From Halapricum sp. (GTDB lineage Archaea; Halobacteriota; Halobacteria; Halobacteriales; Haloarculaceae), in assembly GCA_048623335.1 (NCBI GenBank), contig JBMCBU010000001.1, positions 1-45,973 on the forward strand: a stretch of 45,973 bases of DNA, written 5' to 3'. The notes under the pieces were generated by a model. That model had not been told where the DNA came from. It saw nothing but the letters and a program-made list of their open reading frames with translations, and made no database searches. Shown here piece by piece: positions 28,381 through 37,900 of the stretch. How positions within the stretch are numbered: the stretch's first letter is position 1; every line of letters begins with the position of its first letter. The translations under genes were made by a program, and so were the position numbers.

Positions 28381-29508
28381 ATGACGACGTTTCGCGAGAG
28401 ATACAGACGGTCAGGACTGGTCCTGGCAGTCCTCGTGCTACTGTGGACAGCCGTTCGTCCCGCCGCTGCCCACGTCAGATACGTCACCGAAAACCCGCCC
28501 GACGACGGTCTGGAATTCACGATCGAGGTGCTCACCGAGCCGGCGAACGCCCTCCTGTTCGGCGGGACGGGGTTGATCGCCGTCACCGGCGTCGGCGCGT
28601 ACCTGTGGGTTCGACCGACGGTCCCGGACTTCGAGGTGCTTCGATCGGCGCTCCGTGAGTATCTCACGTACATCCCCTGGATGCTCCGGCTGAGCCTCGG
28701 CCTTCCACTGGTCGGAGCGGGCTTCATCGGGTATCTCTTCAGCCCGAGCGTTCGGACGGCCGACCTGCTCGGCCCGGCCCTACAGGCCGAAGCCCGGATC
28801 CTGCTGATCGGGATCGGCTTTTTCCTGCTTTTCGGGCTGGCGACGCGGGTGGTCGCGCTGGTTGGGCTCGCGACCTACGTCGGATCCGTGATCGCGTTCC
28901 CGACGGCGATCCTCGCGATCGAGTACGTGCCAGGATTTCTTGCGATCGCGCTGCTCGGGAGCGGCCGGCCGAGCGCCGACCACCTCCTCAGCCGCGTCGC
29001 CGGCGCATCCGGGACCTACTATAGCCGAGTCGACCCGGTCCACCGATGGGCCGGCCGTTTCCAGCAGCGGTTCGACCCCTACACCGCCTACGTTCCGACG
29101 ATCCTTCGGATCGGTCTCGGGGCGACGTTCGTATTGTTGGGGCTGGGCGAGAAACTCCTCCGTCCTGGGCCGGGACTGGCGGTCGTCGACAAGTACAACC
29201 TCACCGCGGTCGTCCCGGTCGATCCTGGCGTGTGGGTCGTCGGCGCGGGACTGGCCGAGATCGCGTTCGGGATCGCGCTGCTGGTCGGGCTGTTGACCCG
29301 CGCGACCGCGGCGGGGGCGTTCGTCCTCTTTACGATCACGCTTTTCGCCCTGCCCGACGATCCCGTGTTGGCCCACATCACGATGTTCGGCCTCGCTTCC
29401 GCGGTGTTCACGCTCGGCAGTGGACCGCTGTCGATCGACGCCTGGCTCGAATCGTCCCCCAAATCCGATCGACGGTCCCGAGCCGAGTCGAGCAGTGTCC
29501 GCTCGTGA
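28381..29508 (+). CDS. DoxX-family duplicated membrane protein
   Basis: Two DoxX-like halves (LR..LG...GL.TR...G.G..S.D) and a signal-like N-terminus (AAAHVRYV). Confidence 0.78.
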   Translation: MTTFRERYRRSGLVLAVLVLLWTAVRPAAAHVRYVTENPPDDGLEFTIEVLTEPANALLFGGTGLIAVTGVGAYLWVRPTVPDFEVLRSALREYLTYIPWMLRLSLGLPLVGAGFIGYLFSPSVRTADLLGPALQAEARILLIGIGFFLLFGLATRVVALVGLATYVGSVIAFPTAILAIEYVPGFLAIALLGSGRPSADHLLSRVAGASGTYYSRVDPVHRWAGRFQQRFDPYTAYVPTILRIGLGATFVLLGLGEKLLRPGPGLAVVDKYNLTAVVPVDPGVWVVGAGLAEIAFGIALLVGLLTRATAAGAFVLFTITLFALPDDPVLAHITMFGLASAVFTLGSGPLSIDAWLESSPKSDRRSRAESSSVRS

Positions 29509-29551
29509 TCGCTGGGAACCTTTCTTTGTCCTGGCGCGTCGATATCTAGGT

Positions 29552-31012
29552 ATGACGACCTACGAGGCAGGGGATATCAGCCTGACGCAGATCCGCGAGT
29601 ACGTCTGGGAGATTCCCCGCGAAGGCGAGATGAACGTCCCCGCACGAGTGCTGGCCAGCGAGTCGCTACTGGAAGAGATCAGCGAAGACAAGACGCTCGA
29701 ACAGCTGAAAAACACGACGCAGCTTCCCGGTATCCGGAAGTACGCCGTCTGTATGCCCGACGGCCACCAGGGGTACGGCTTCCCGGTCGGCGGGGTCGCC
29801 GGTATCGACGCCGAGAACGGCTGTATCTCGCCGGGTGCGGTTGGGTACGATATAAATTGTGGCGTGAGGTTAGTGAAAACGAATTTGCGATACGAGGACG
29901 TTCGGGGCCGTGAAGAGGAACTCGTCGGCGCCCTGTTCGAGGCAATCCCCTCTGGCCTCGGCGGTGGCGGGATCTTCGAGGGCACGAGAGACGACATCGA
30001 GGCGATCCTCGAAGAGGGCATGGAGTGGGCGTTGGCCAACGGCTATGCGGTGCCCGAGGACCTCGAACACTGCGAGGACGAGGGCAGGCGTCCCGAGGCC
30101 GATCCGGAGGCGGTCTCACAGAAGGCAAAAGACCGCGGGAAAGCGCAGGTCGGATCGCTCGGATCGGGCAACCACTTCCTGGAGGTCCAGCGCGTGACGG
30201 ACGTCTTTCGGGAAGACGTCGCCGAGGAGTTCGGGCTTCGAACGGACCAGATAGTCGTGATGATCCACTGTGGGTCGCGGGGGCTGGGTCATCAGGTCTG
30301 TACGGACTACCTCCGGGAGATCGAACGGGCCCACCAGGGGCTGCTCGATCGCCTGCCGGACAGGGAGTTGGCCGCCGCGCCCGCCGGCTCGCACCTGGCC
30401 GAGGAGTACTACGGGGCGATGTGTGCGGCGATCAACTTCGCGTGGGTCAACCGACAGTTGATCATGCACAGAACCCGCGAGGTCTTCGAGGACGTCTTCG
30501 ACCGGTCGTGGGAAGCGCTGGAGATGGAGTTGCTGTACGACGTGGCACACAACATCGCCAAAAAGGAGGTCCACGAGGTCGACGGCGAGGATCGGGACCT
30601 GTACGTCCACCGCAAGGGCGCGACGCGGGCGTTCCCGGCCGGTCGACCGGAACTCCCCCCGGCGTACGCAGACGTCGGCCAGCCGATTCTCATCCCTGGG
30701 AGCATGGGGTCGGGGAGTTACGTGCTCCGCGGGGGCGAACGATCGCTCGAAGAGACGTTCGGCTCGACCGCTCACGGCGCGGGTCGACTGATGTCACGCA
30801 CGGAAGCGAAAAACACCTACTGGGGCGAGGACGTGCAAGACGAACTGCGCGACCAACAGCACGTCTACGTCAAGGCAAACAGCGGTGCGACCGTCGCCGA
30901 GGAAGCACCGGGCGTCTACAAGGACGTCGATGAAGTCGTGAACGTCTCGGACGCGCTCGGGATCGGTGACAAGGTCGCCCGGACGTATCCAGTCTGTAAC
31001 ATCAAAGGCTAG
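29552..31012 (+). CDS. rtcB: tRNA-splicing ligase RtcB
   Basis: MPDGHQGYGFPVG, GYDINCG, GSGNHFLE, HCGSRG, HNIAK, HRKGATRA, STAHGAGR and EEAP..YKD. 486 aa, no intein. Confidence 0.97.
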   Translation: MTTYEAGDISLTQIREYVWEIPREGEMNVPARVLASESLLEEISEDKTLEQLKNTTQLPGIRKYAVCMPDGHQGYGFPVGGVAGIDAENGCISPGAVGYDINCGVRLVKTNLRYEDVRGREEELVGALFEAIPSGLGGGGIFEGTRDDIEAILEEGMEWALANGYAVPEDLEHCEDEGRRPEADPEAVSQKAKDRGKAQVGSLGSGNHFLEVQRVTDVFREDVAEEFGLRTDQIVVMIHCGSRGLGHQVCTDYLREIERAHQGLLDRLPDRELAAAPAGSHLAEEYYGAMCAAINFAWVNRQLIMHRTREVFEDVFDRSWEALEMELLYDVAHNIAKKEVHEVDGEDRDLYVHRKGATRAFPAGRPELPPAYADVGQPILIPGSMGSGSYVLRGGERSLEETFGSTAHGAGRLMSRTEAKNTYWGEDVQDELRDQQHVYVKANSGATVAEEAPGVYKDVDEVVNVSDALGIGDKVARTYPVCNIKG

Positions 31013-31455
31013 AACGGGTTCGTCCCGTTCCACTGATCGAGCACGGTCGCCGAGCCGGTCTCGGGACCGATATAAACGACCCGGATCGAGTCCTCCGAAC
31101 CGACTGATTGCCCGTACGCACCGCCTTCGCCGACCGGGACCGTCTCACCCTGCTCGATGGTCGCGGATGGCTCTGCTCCGGCCAGTTCTGACCAGCGCGC
31201 CGACGCGTCGTTCGGTCCCTGGATGGAGACGTTACCGGCCTCGAACGTGTCGCCGCCCTCGTAGGTCACCAGCAGGCGCTGGCTGTCGTCCCTGTAGTCG
31301 AAGCCGAACTGTCCTGACGGTCCCGAATCGCGCTCTTCGAGAAAGACGACGCTCGACCCGATCGCGGCGACGATCAGGAGGGTAACCCCGACGAGGGCGA
31401 GGGCGCTGGTGAGTTCTGACACCGCACGGTCTGACCCAGCGCCTGCCGGTGGCAT
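31009..31455 (-). CDS. Type IV pilin-like protein (class III signal peptide)
   Basis: DRA|VSE followed by a hydrophobic H-domain, then a beta-rich domain with TYEGGD. Confidence 0.75.
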   Translation of the reverse strand: MPPAGAGSDRAVSELTSALALVGVTLLIVAAIGSSVVFLEERDSGPSGQFGFDYRDDSQRLLVTYEGGDTFEAGNVSIQGPNDASARWSELAGAEPSATIEQGETVPVGEGGAYGQSVGSEDSIRVVYIGPETGSATVLDQWNGTNPF

Positions 31456-31564
31456 GTTCCGGACGTTCGGTATCCTGGTATATAACATCCACCCCCGCCT
31501 ATTCGATATCCAAGCTATTGATGTCGGTGCCGTTAAACCGGTGAGTGTCGTATGGTTGGGTGAA

Positions 31565-31942
31565 ATGGTCCGTGACCCGTTCGCGGACGAGGACGCTCCC
31601 GACCTTCAGGACGTGCTCGATGCACTCGACGACCCCGAATGTAGGGCGATCATCAGCGAGCTCGACGAGCCGATGACCGCCAGCGAGATCTCCGACGCCA
31701 GCGATATCCCGCTCTCTACGACCTATCGGAAGCTCGAGTTGCTGACCGAGGCGTCCTTGCTCAGCGAGGGTGTCGAGATCCGCCCGGACGGTCAGCACGC
31801 GAGCACGTACGAACTCGATTTCAAGGAGGTCGTCATCGGGGTGACCGACGAGTTCGAGTTCGACGTCTCGATCGCCCGTCGTGCGCGAACAGCCGACGAG
31901 CGTCTGGAGAATCTCTGGTCTGAGGTGCGCAAAGAAACATGA
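31565..31942 (+). CDS. Winged helix-turn-helix (ArsR/HTH_20-like) regulator
   Basis: VLDALDDPECRAII...PMTASEIS....IPLSTTYRKLELL. Confidence 0.88.
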   Translation: MVRDPFADEDAPDLQDVLDALDDPECRAIISELDEPMTASEISDASDIPLSTTYRKLELLTEASLLSEGVEIRPDGQHASTYELDFKEVVIGVTDEFEFDVSIARRARTADERLENLWSEVRKET

Positions 31943-32232
31943 GCCCACACACGTTCACACTCCCGCCCAGCGCGATCGCGTTCAAGACGTTGACGTTGCT
32001 TCTGGGCGGACTCATCACGTATCTGTCGTATCGCGCGTACAGGCGAACCGGTTCTCCAGCACTCCGAGCGCTGGCCATCGGCTTCGGACTCGTGACGACT
32101 GGGTCGTTGCTTGCAGGCGTGACAAACCTCTTCTTCCACGACATCTCTATCGGCGTGAGCCTGGCTATCGAGAGTGGCCTCACAACGGCGGGATTCGCCG
32201 TCATCGTCTACTCGCTGTATACCCAGGGTTGA
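31939..32232 (+). CDS. Small 3-TM membrane protein (DUF7521-like)
   Basis: LSYRAYRRTGSPALRALAIGF...GFAVIVYSLY. ATGA overlap with the wHTH gene. Confidence 0.8.
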   Translation: MSPHTFTLPPSAIAFKTLTLLLGGLITYLSYRAYRRTGSPALRALAIGFGLVTTGSLLAGVTNLFFHDISIGVSLAIESGLTTAGFAVIVYSLYTQG

Positions 32233-32342
32233 CCTCCCGTGGGCGGACACACGAGGGCGCACGCGGCTGTCGGGATTCTCGTTTCGTGGTAATACGATTA
32301 GTATATATTGTCGCTCGAATCCTACACCGAGACGGCTAGGAT

Positions 32343-32639
32343 ATGTACGAAAGTACGTCGCTGTTGGTCGCAGCCGAGACTGTTATTTTCGTCTGTAGCG
32401 GGGTACTCGCCTCGCTGTCGTACCGGGCCTACCGGCGACGACAGTCACGCTCGCTCGGGGCGCTTTTCGGCGGACTCACACTCGTGACTGTCGGCGCACT
32501 GCTCGGTGGCGTGCTCATCGCGCTGGGTATCGGGAATGTGGTTCACGCTGCCAGCACCAGTGCGGCACTCGTCGCGGCCGGGTTCGTGGGCGTTACCTAC
32601 TCGATGTACGCCGGGACGCCGTCTTCGCTGTCGTCGTGA
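32343..32639 (+). CDS. Small 3-TM membrane protein, paralog of 31939-32232
   Basis: LSYRAYRRRQSRSL...GFVGVTYSMY. Confidence 0.78.
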   Translation: MYESTSLLVAAETVIFVCSGVLASLSYRAYRRRQSRSLGALFGGLTLVTVGALLGGVLIALGIGNVVHAASTSAALVAAGFVGVTYSMYAGTPSSLSS

Positions 32640-32721
32640 ATGGCAGCACCCGAAAGCCATAATCGGACGTGCACCCAAATACTCATACGCTGGTCGATCC
32701 GACGCGATCGATCGTCTTGCC

Positions 32722-33582
32722 ATGAGCGAGGGTGAACGCAAACTCTACGACGAGCGCGGGAAGTTCATGCACGCCGTCACGGACGGTCGTGAGATCCGCG
32801 ACGCCGACTGGAGCGCCTGTCGTGTCGTCCTGACGACAGCGCGAGTCGTGTTGATCAGCGACGAGAAGCGATCGATCGACATCGACGCCCTCGAGCAGGT
32901 CAACGACCGCTTCGACGTCAACCAGACCGCGGCCGTAGAGGGGAGTTACACGGCTCTCCGGACCGAGGGGACGGTCTTTCTCGTCTCGACACCCGATCAG
33001 GACACCTTCGAGACCGCCCTGTATAAGGCCTCGCTCAACAACGGAATACTGCTCGTCCAGCACCCGGCGGTCGAGGGCGGGGTCGTCCAGAACGTCGAGT
33101 GGACCAAGGCGAAAGTCAAAATCTCCGACGACGCGATCCAGTTCGCCATGGCCGACGGACAGCGAGTGGTGATCGACCGGAACGACATCGGCGATGTCGA
33201 GACCGACGAACGGACGATCGACGGCCAGGATCGAACCGTCTACGAGGTCGAGCACACTGAAGACGACCGCAGCGTCGAGACACATCTCACCGGTGAGCCA
33301 CATCACACGGCGGTGATGGGTGCGCTCCTGGAGGAAGGCGTCGAACGCCACCGCGCGAACCTCGATCTGGACGGCGTCGAAAAGCGAGTCATCATGGCGC
33401 TACACTCGGGCGTCTCGCCGTTCGATATCCCGGAGTTCGTCGATCGCGACGTCGAGCGCGTCGAGGAGATCTTCGACCGACTGATCGAGTACGACGTCAT
33501 CGAGGTCGAGCGCGAGCGAACCGAGGTCGCATTGACCCCCGAAGGCCGGCAAGTCGCCGGCGAGACGATCGGCGATCGGTGA
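32722..33582 (+). CDS. cheF: CheF-family (DUF439) taxis adaptor protein
   Basis: MSEGERKL...GKF, RVVLT, HPAVEGGVV...W, EVEH....SVETHL, IMALHSGVS.F.IP.F and a C-terminal wHTH. Confidence 0.82.
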   Translation: MSEGERKLYDERGKFMHAVTDGREIRDADWSACRVVLTTARVVLISDEKRSIDIDALEQVNDRFDVNQTAAVEGSYTALRTEGTVFLVSTPDQDTFETALYKASLNNGILLVQHPAVEGGVVQNVEWTKAKVKISDDAIQFAMADGQRVVIDRNDIGDVETDERTIDGQDRTVYEVEHTEDDRSVETHLTGEPHHTAVMGALLEEGVERHRANLDLDGVEKRVIMALHSGVSPFDIPEFVDRDVERVEEIFDRLIEYDVIEVERERTEVALTPEGRQVAGETIGDR

Positions 33583-33598
33583 CTGATCTGTCGGCGAT

Positions 33599-34216
33599 CT
33601 AGACGTTCCGAAGATACCGCAGCACGTGTAGCAACTGCCTGGCGTGCCCCCAGGCGATCGACCGCTGCTTGTCGATCTCGCGGGTCTCGATGGGGACCTC
33701 ACCGATGCGTGCGCCCTTCGCGGTCGCTTCGAGGACGAGCGTCCCGCAGGTACAGACGGTGTCGAGTTCGAGTTCGACCGCGAGGTCGCGCCGGAGGGCC
33801 CGCAGTCCAGTCCCGGAGTCAGTCACGTCGACTCTGAGCCGCGTGAGTCGGTTGAGCAGCCGCTCGGAAGGGCGTGGGACCCGCGAACGGGTGCCCAACA
33901 CGAGGTCGAGATTGTGTGTCCCGATCGGCTCGGCGACCCGTCGCACGTGTTCCGGTCGGTGCTCGCCATCGGCGTCGTAGGTCACCACAATGGCGGTCTC
34001 GGCCTCCCGAAAACCACGCTTCAGTGCCGCGATATAGCCCCGGTTGACCGGTTGTTCGACAACCGTTGCACCCGCCTCGCAGGCTTCGGTCGCTGTCCTA
34101 TCGGTCGAGCCGTCGTCGACAACCAGCACGCGATAGGTCCCGGTCAGTTCTTCGACGACTGGGCCGATTCGCCCCTCCTCGTTGTAGGCGGGGACGACGA
34201 CTGTCACGTCCTGCAT
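33599..34216 (-). CDS. Glycosyltransferase family 2 (Dol-P-Man synthase-like)
   Basis: VVVPAYNEE, VVDDGSTD.T, DADGEH and TDSGTG.R. Confidence 0.9.
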   Translation of the reverse strand: MQDVTVVVPAYNEEGRIGPVVEELTGTYRVLVVDDGSTDRTATEACEAGATVVEQPVNRGYIAALKRGFREAETAIVVTYDADGEHRPEHVRRVAEPIGTHNLDLVLGTRSRVPRPSERLLNRLTRLRVDVTDSGTGLRALRRDLAVELELDTVCTCGTLVLEATAKGARIGEVPIETREIDKQRSIAWGHARQLLHVLRYLRNV

Positions 34217-34304
34217 GCGTGCGTGTACACGTTCCCGAACCCTGGTAGTGACGGTTTTGTGCCGGTGAGGGCCGTTCAACCGGTCCGCTGTCGGCTGTTC
34301 GTTG

Positions 34305-35744
34305 CTACGAGGGGCTCTCGAAGTGCGCGGTCGGATCGACCAGTGGCTCCGGGTAATCGACACCCACTTCGACGCCGTAACGGGCCTGCTCGTCGCTGTT
34401 CATTCGCCAGGGTTCGTGGGCGTAACGTGGCGGGAGATCGGCCAGTTCGGGCACCCAGCTACGGACGTACGCGGCGTCGGGATCGTAGTTGTGAGCCTGC
34501 CAGAGCACGTCGAACGATCGCTCTCGCGAGTCGGTACCGACGCCGGCGATGTACGCCCAGTTGCCGTAATTCGAGGCGACATCGTAGTCCAGCAGCCGCG
34601 ATTCGTAGTAGGCGGCCCCCCACCGCCAGTCGATCCGAAGCGTGTTCGCCAGGAAGGACGCAGCGTTCTGTCGGGCACGGTTGCTCTGATAGCCCGTCGC
34701 TGCCAGTTCTCGCATCGCCGCATCGACGAACGGAAAGCCGGTCTCGCCGTCGACCCACCGCCTGAAGTCGGATTCATCGCGCTGCCACGCGATCTCGCGG
34801 CCCTGGATCCCGCCCGGTCGGAAATAGCGATCGCCGTGTTTCGCGAGCTGAAACTGGAAGAAGTCCCGCCAGCGCAACTCGAAGCTCAGCCAGTACGTCG
34901 AATCGTTGGCGATTCGTTGCTGTTCGTATCGATCGACAGCCTGCTTGATCCGGCGCGGCGAGAGACAGCCCTGGGCCAGCCACGGCGAGAACTTCGAGGA
35001 GAAATCCATCCCGAGCAGGCCGTTTCGCGTCTCGCGGTACTCCCGGAGCCGATCGCGCTCGAAGACGTAGGTCTGCAGTCGATCCAGTGCCGCCGACTCC
35101 CCGCCAGCAACGGGCATGGGGGTATCATCCCCGTCGTCCGTCCAGTCGACGTCGTAGCCCAGTTCTGACAGCGTCGGGATCGAACCCGCCTCGAGATCAG
35201 GTGTCGGGACGGACGCCGGCGGATCCAGCGGAGCACGGACCCGGGAGTTCGCCTCGACGCTGTCTTTCCAGGGCGTGAAGGTGTCCTGAACGTCCTCGAC
35301 GGCCATCGGCAGGTCCTCGATCGCGTGCAGGGTGTGTGTCCAGTGGGTGATCAAATCGACGTCACGCGAATCCAGACGGTCTCCGACAGCTGTTTCGGTC
35401 GCACGCTCGTCGGTGCCGGGGAGCCGCTGGGCGTGGACCACGTCGGCCTCGACCGCGTCGGCGACCGCCGGGACGACCGACGACGGATCGCCCCGCCGGA
35501 CGAGCAACGAACCCCCTCGTTCCTGCAATCGCTCTCGAAGGTCCCGAACGCTCTCGCGGACGAACTGTGCTCGACGCGCGCCGACCCGCGGTTCGTCGAT
35601 CCACCGACTGCGCGCTCCGAAACGCCGGGTGTCGAAGACATACAGCGCAACGACGCGGTCGCGTTCTGCAAGTGCCTCCCGGAGCGTCGGGTTGTCGTGG
35701 ACGCGCAGATCCCGTCGGAACCACACGAGTGCCGTATCCGTCAT
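34305..35744 (-). CDS. DASH-family cryptochrome
   Basis: WFRRDLRVHDN, Y.ETRNGLLG.DFSSKFSPWLA.GCLSPR, STYWL.FEL.WRDFF, SNR.RQN.ASFL and DYDVASNYGNW. Confidence 0.92.
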   Translation of the reverse strand: MTDTALVWFRRDLRVHDNPTLREALAERDRVVALYVFDTRRFGARSRWIDEPRVGARRAQFVRESVRDLRERLQERGGSLLVRRGDPSSVVPAVADAVEADVVHAQRLPGTDERATETAVGDRLDSRDVDLITHWTHTLHAIEDLPMAVEDVQDTFTPWKDSVEANSRVRAPLDPPASVPTPDLEAGSIPTLSELGYDVDWTDDGDDTPMPVAGGESAALDRLQTYVFERDRLREYRETRNGLLGMDFSSKFSPWLAQGCLSPRRIKQAVDRYEQQRIANDSTYWLSFELRWRDFFQFQLAKHGDRYFRPGGIQGREIAWQRDESDFRRWVDGETGFPFVDAAMRELAATGYQSNRARQNAASFLANTLRIDWRWGAAYYESRLLDYDVASNYGNWAYIAGVGTDSRERSFDVLWQAHNYDPDAAYVRSWVPELADLPPRYAHEPWRMNSDEQARYGVEVGVDYPEPLVDPTAHFESPS

Positions 35745-35804
35745 AGCTTGCCCTGGGACTGCAGCTACTTCACTCCGGAGTCGATCGTCTCGGCGAGAAG
35801 CCCA

Positions 35805-35883
35805 TCGTGATCGGTGTACGTCTGTTCCGGATCGACCGAACGCACTCGTGCGGTTGCCCGGTACATCGTCACGACGACCACGA
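35805..35883. repeat. Palindromic repeat family B copy
   Basis: tcgtgatcggtgtacgtctgttccggatcgaccgaacg...cgtgcggt...ccggtacatcgtcacgacgaccacga, homologous to 45455-45534. Confidence 0.75.
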
Positions 35884-35950
35884 TCAATCGGCGTTCGATC
35901 TCGAGTCCCGGTACGGCAAGGCGGGAACCCCGTCGTTGCTCGCGATAGCG

Positions 35951-37726
35951 TCACCGCCCGACGAGCACGTCGATCGTGGCCTCGTCGACTGGCTGGGACT
36001 CGCGTCCGGCGGCGTAGGCTTTCGCCAGCGCGATCGCGGCACCGGTCTCGGAGTCACCGAACTCCGGGGAGAGTTCAGACTCCAGCAGGTCGGTCGTCCA
36101 AGCGGTCTCCTCGTAGTCGATGTCCTCCTGAACGAGGCCGAGACACAGCGAGACGAGCACGGAGTTGGTCGCCTCGGAAACGAATTCGGGGTCGGCACCG
36201 CTGGCCGCTGCGAGGTCGTCCGGGTCGGCGCTCACCCCTCTCACGGTCGCCGCGAAGACGGTCGCGCCGGCGGCCAGCTCCGGCGGCGTGTACGCGGGGT
36301 CGTCCCGTCGGGGTTCGTACTGTTCGAGCACGCGCAGGCTCTCCTCGCGAACGCCCTCCTCGAGACCGAGCGCGTCGGCCAGTCGATCGACGTACGTCTC
36401 GGCGTCCGCGGTCGGAATGTCGACGTCGACGGCCGCATCGAGCGTCTCGAGCCAGTCGTACAGCACTCGACTCCGGAACTCACCGGCGGCGGCGATCTCG
36501 GCCGCAGCCACGTCGACGTCGTTGACCCGACAGGCTGCAAGCAGTGCCGCGCCGCCGAGTTCGCCCGCGTCTTCGACGTCGACGTCCTCGACGACGTCGC
36601 TGACGAGCCCACGGGCGAACAGTCGAACCGACGCGTCGACATCGAGTTCGTCGGCGATCTCGTCGACCTCACGCTGGACGGCGTCTTCGGTGAGATCCGG
36701 TCCGAGCGCGTCCCGATCGCCGGGCAGCCAGACGTCCGTCGAGCCCGCTTGCTTGCGTTCGACTGCCCCCTCGTCGGCGAGGGCGTCCAGCTCGGACGCG
36801 ATCGCGTCCGGATCGGCGTTGAGTTCCTCGGCGACGCGGTCGGTCGTCGGCAACTCGTCGGGGAACAGCGTCGTCACGGCTTCGAGGAGATGCCTTTCTC
36901 GCCCGTCTCGCTCGTCGCCTTCGTCGGCGTCAGTCGTGCTCGAGTCCTCGGGGTCTCCCTGCTCGGTCGTCTCGACCGTCCCAGGGCCGCTGTCGTCGCC
37001 GCTCGACGCGGCTGTCCCGTCCGTGTCGGCGACGGTTTCTGCGTCCGGCCCGCTGCTGGTCGCCATCGGCGCACCCGTGTCGGGATCGAGCTGGTATCGC
37101 TGTGCCGTCTCCAGGTGGTCCTCGCCGATCAGCTCGCGCAACTCCTTGTAGCGGTTCCTGACTGTGACCTGGCTCGTCCCGGAGACGTCCCCGAGCACGT
37201 CCTCGTCGGCACCATCGACACCGTTGACGTCCGCAGCGAGATAGAGGACGGCACCGGCAGTGCCGGCCGGGGAGGTTCCGCCAGCGATCGTCTGGGGGTC
37301 GGCCTCGAAGGCGTCTTCGAGGATTCGCTTGGCCACGACGACGATCCCGTCTGGCAACTCCAGTTCCGTCCCGAAACGTTCGATCAGCGCCCGAGGTTCC
37401 GGCGGGACGCCGTCGATGTCGAGGTTGGATGCGACGTCCTCGAACAGCGCCGTCATCGCACCCGGATCGATCGTCGTGTCCTCGAGCGTCTCCGACCACG
37501 CGTCGGCGACGTCCGAGACTGTCACCGGTAGCCCGTCCTCGCGCGCGGACAGCGCCAGCGTCGTCGCGCCGACGATCGACAGCGAACTGTCCTCGATGTC
37601 GGGTTCGGATCCCAGCTGGTTGAGCCGAACTCGAGTGATCTGGACGGTACTACTCGGCAACGCGAGCGTTTCGGCGACGGTCGTGAGTTGCTCTTCGACG
37701 TTATCGCGCTCGGCTGCGTTCGACAT
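35951..37726 (-). CDS. TFB (TFIIB)-derived protein: two cyclin-fold TFB cores flanking a wHTH, no Zn ribbon
   Basis: G.SPAG.AGAVLYLA and SQVTVRNRYKEL (TFB repeat 2 signature). Second degenerate core with ETYVDRLADALGL and PPELAAGA. Central wHTH PTTDRVAEEL...LDALADEGAVERKQAG...VW. Confidence 0.75.
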   Translation of the reverse strand: MSNAAERDNVEEQLTTVAETLALPSSTVQITRVRLNQLGSEPDIEDSSLSIVGATTLALSAREDGLPVTVSDVADAWSETLEDTTIDPGAMTALFEDVASNLDIDGVPPEPRALIERFGTELELPDGIVVVAKRILEDAFEADPQTIAGGTSPAGTAGAVLYLAADVNGVDGADEDVLGDVSGTSQVTVRNRYKELRELIGEDHLETAQRYQLDPDTGAPMATSSGPDAETVADTDGTAASSGDDSGPGTVETTEQGDPEDSSTTDADEGDERDGRERHLLEAVTTLFPDELPTTDRVAEELNADPDAIASELDALADEGAVERKQAGSTDVWLPGDRDALGPDLTEDAVQREVDEIADELDVDASVRLFARGLVSDVVEDVDVEDAGELGGAALLAACRVNDVDVAAAEIAAAGEFRSRVLYDWLETLDAAVDVDIPTADAETYVDRLADALGLEEGVREESLRVLEQYEPRRDDPAYTPPELAAGATVFAATVRGVSADPDDLAAASGADPEFVSEATNSVLVSLCLGLVQEDIDYEETAWTTDLLESELSPEFGDSETGAAIALAKAYAAGRESQPVDEATIDVLVGR

Positions 37727-37900
37727 TACTCTTATATCCCTTGAGTAGGGTCTTAATGTTCACTCTCGTTCATCAATTTTGATATTGTCGCGGCGGGACG
37801 ATCCGGTGAAATCGGTATCCGTCACCCGGTCGGACGTGGATACGCCTCCGATCGACGTCCTAATCCTAACTGTTAGGCCGGACCGGCCCGTTCGACCGAC

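Noticed and set aside
29552-31012. Possible intein in RtcB, or an RNA-repair operon
   Set aside because: 486 aa with contiguous motifs and no intein signature. No archease, RtcA or Ro/Y-RNA genes adjacent.
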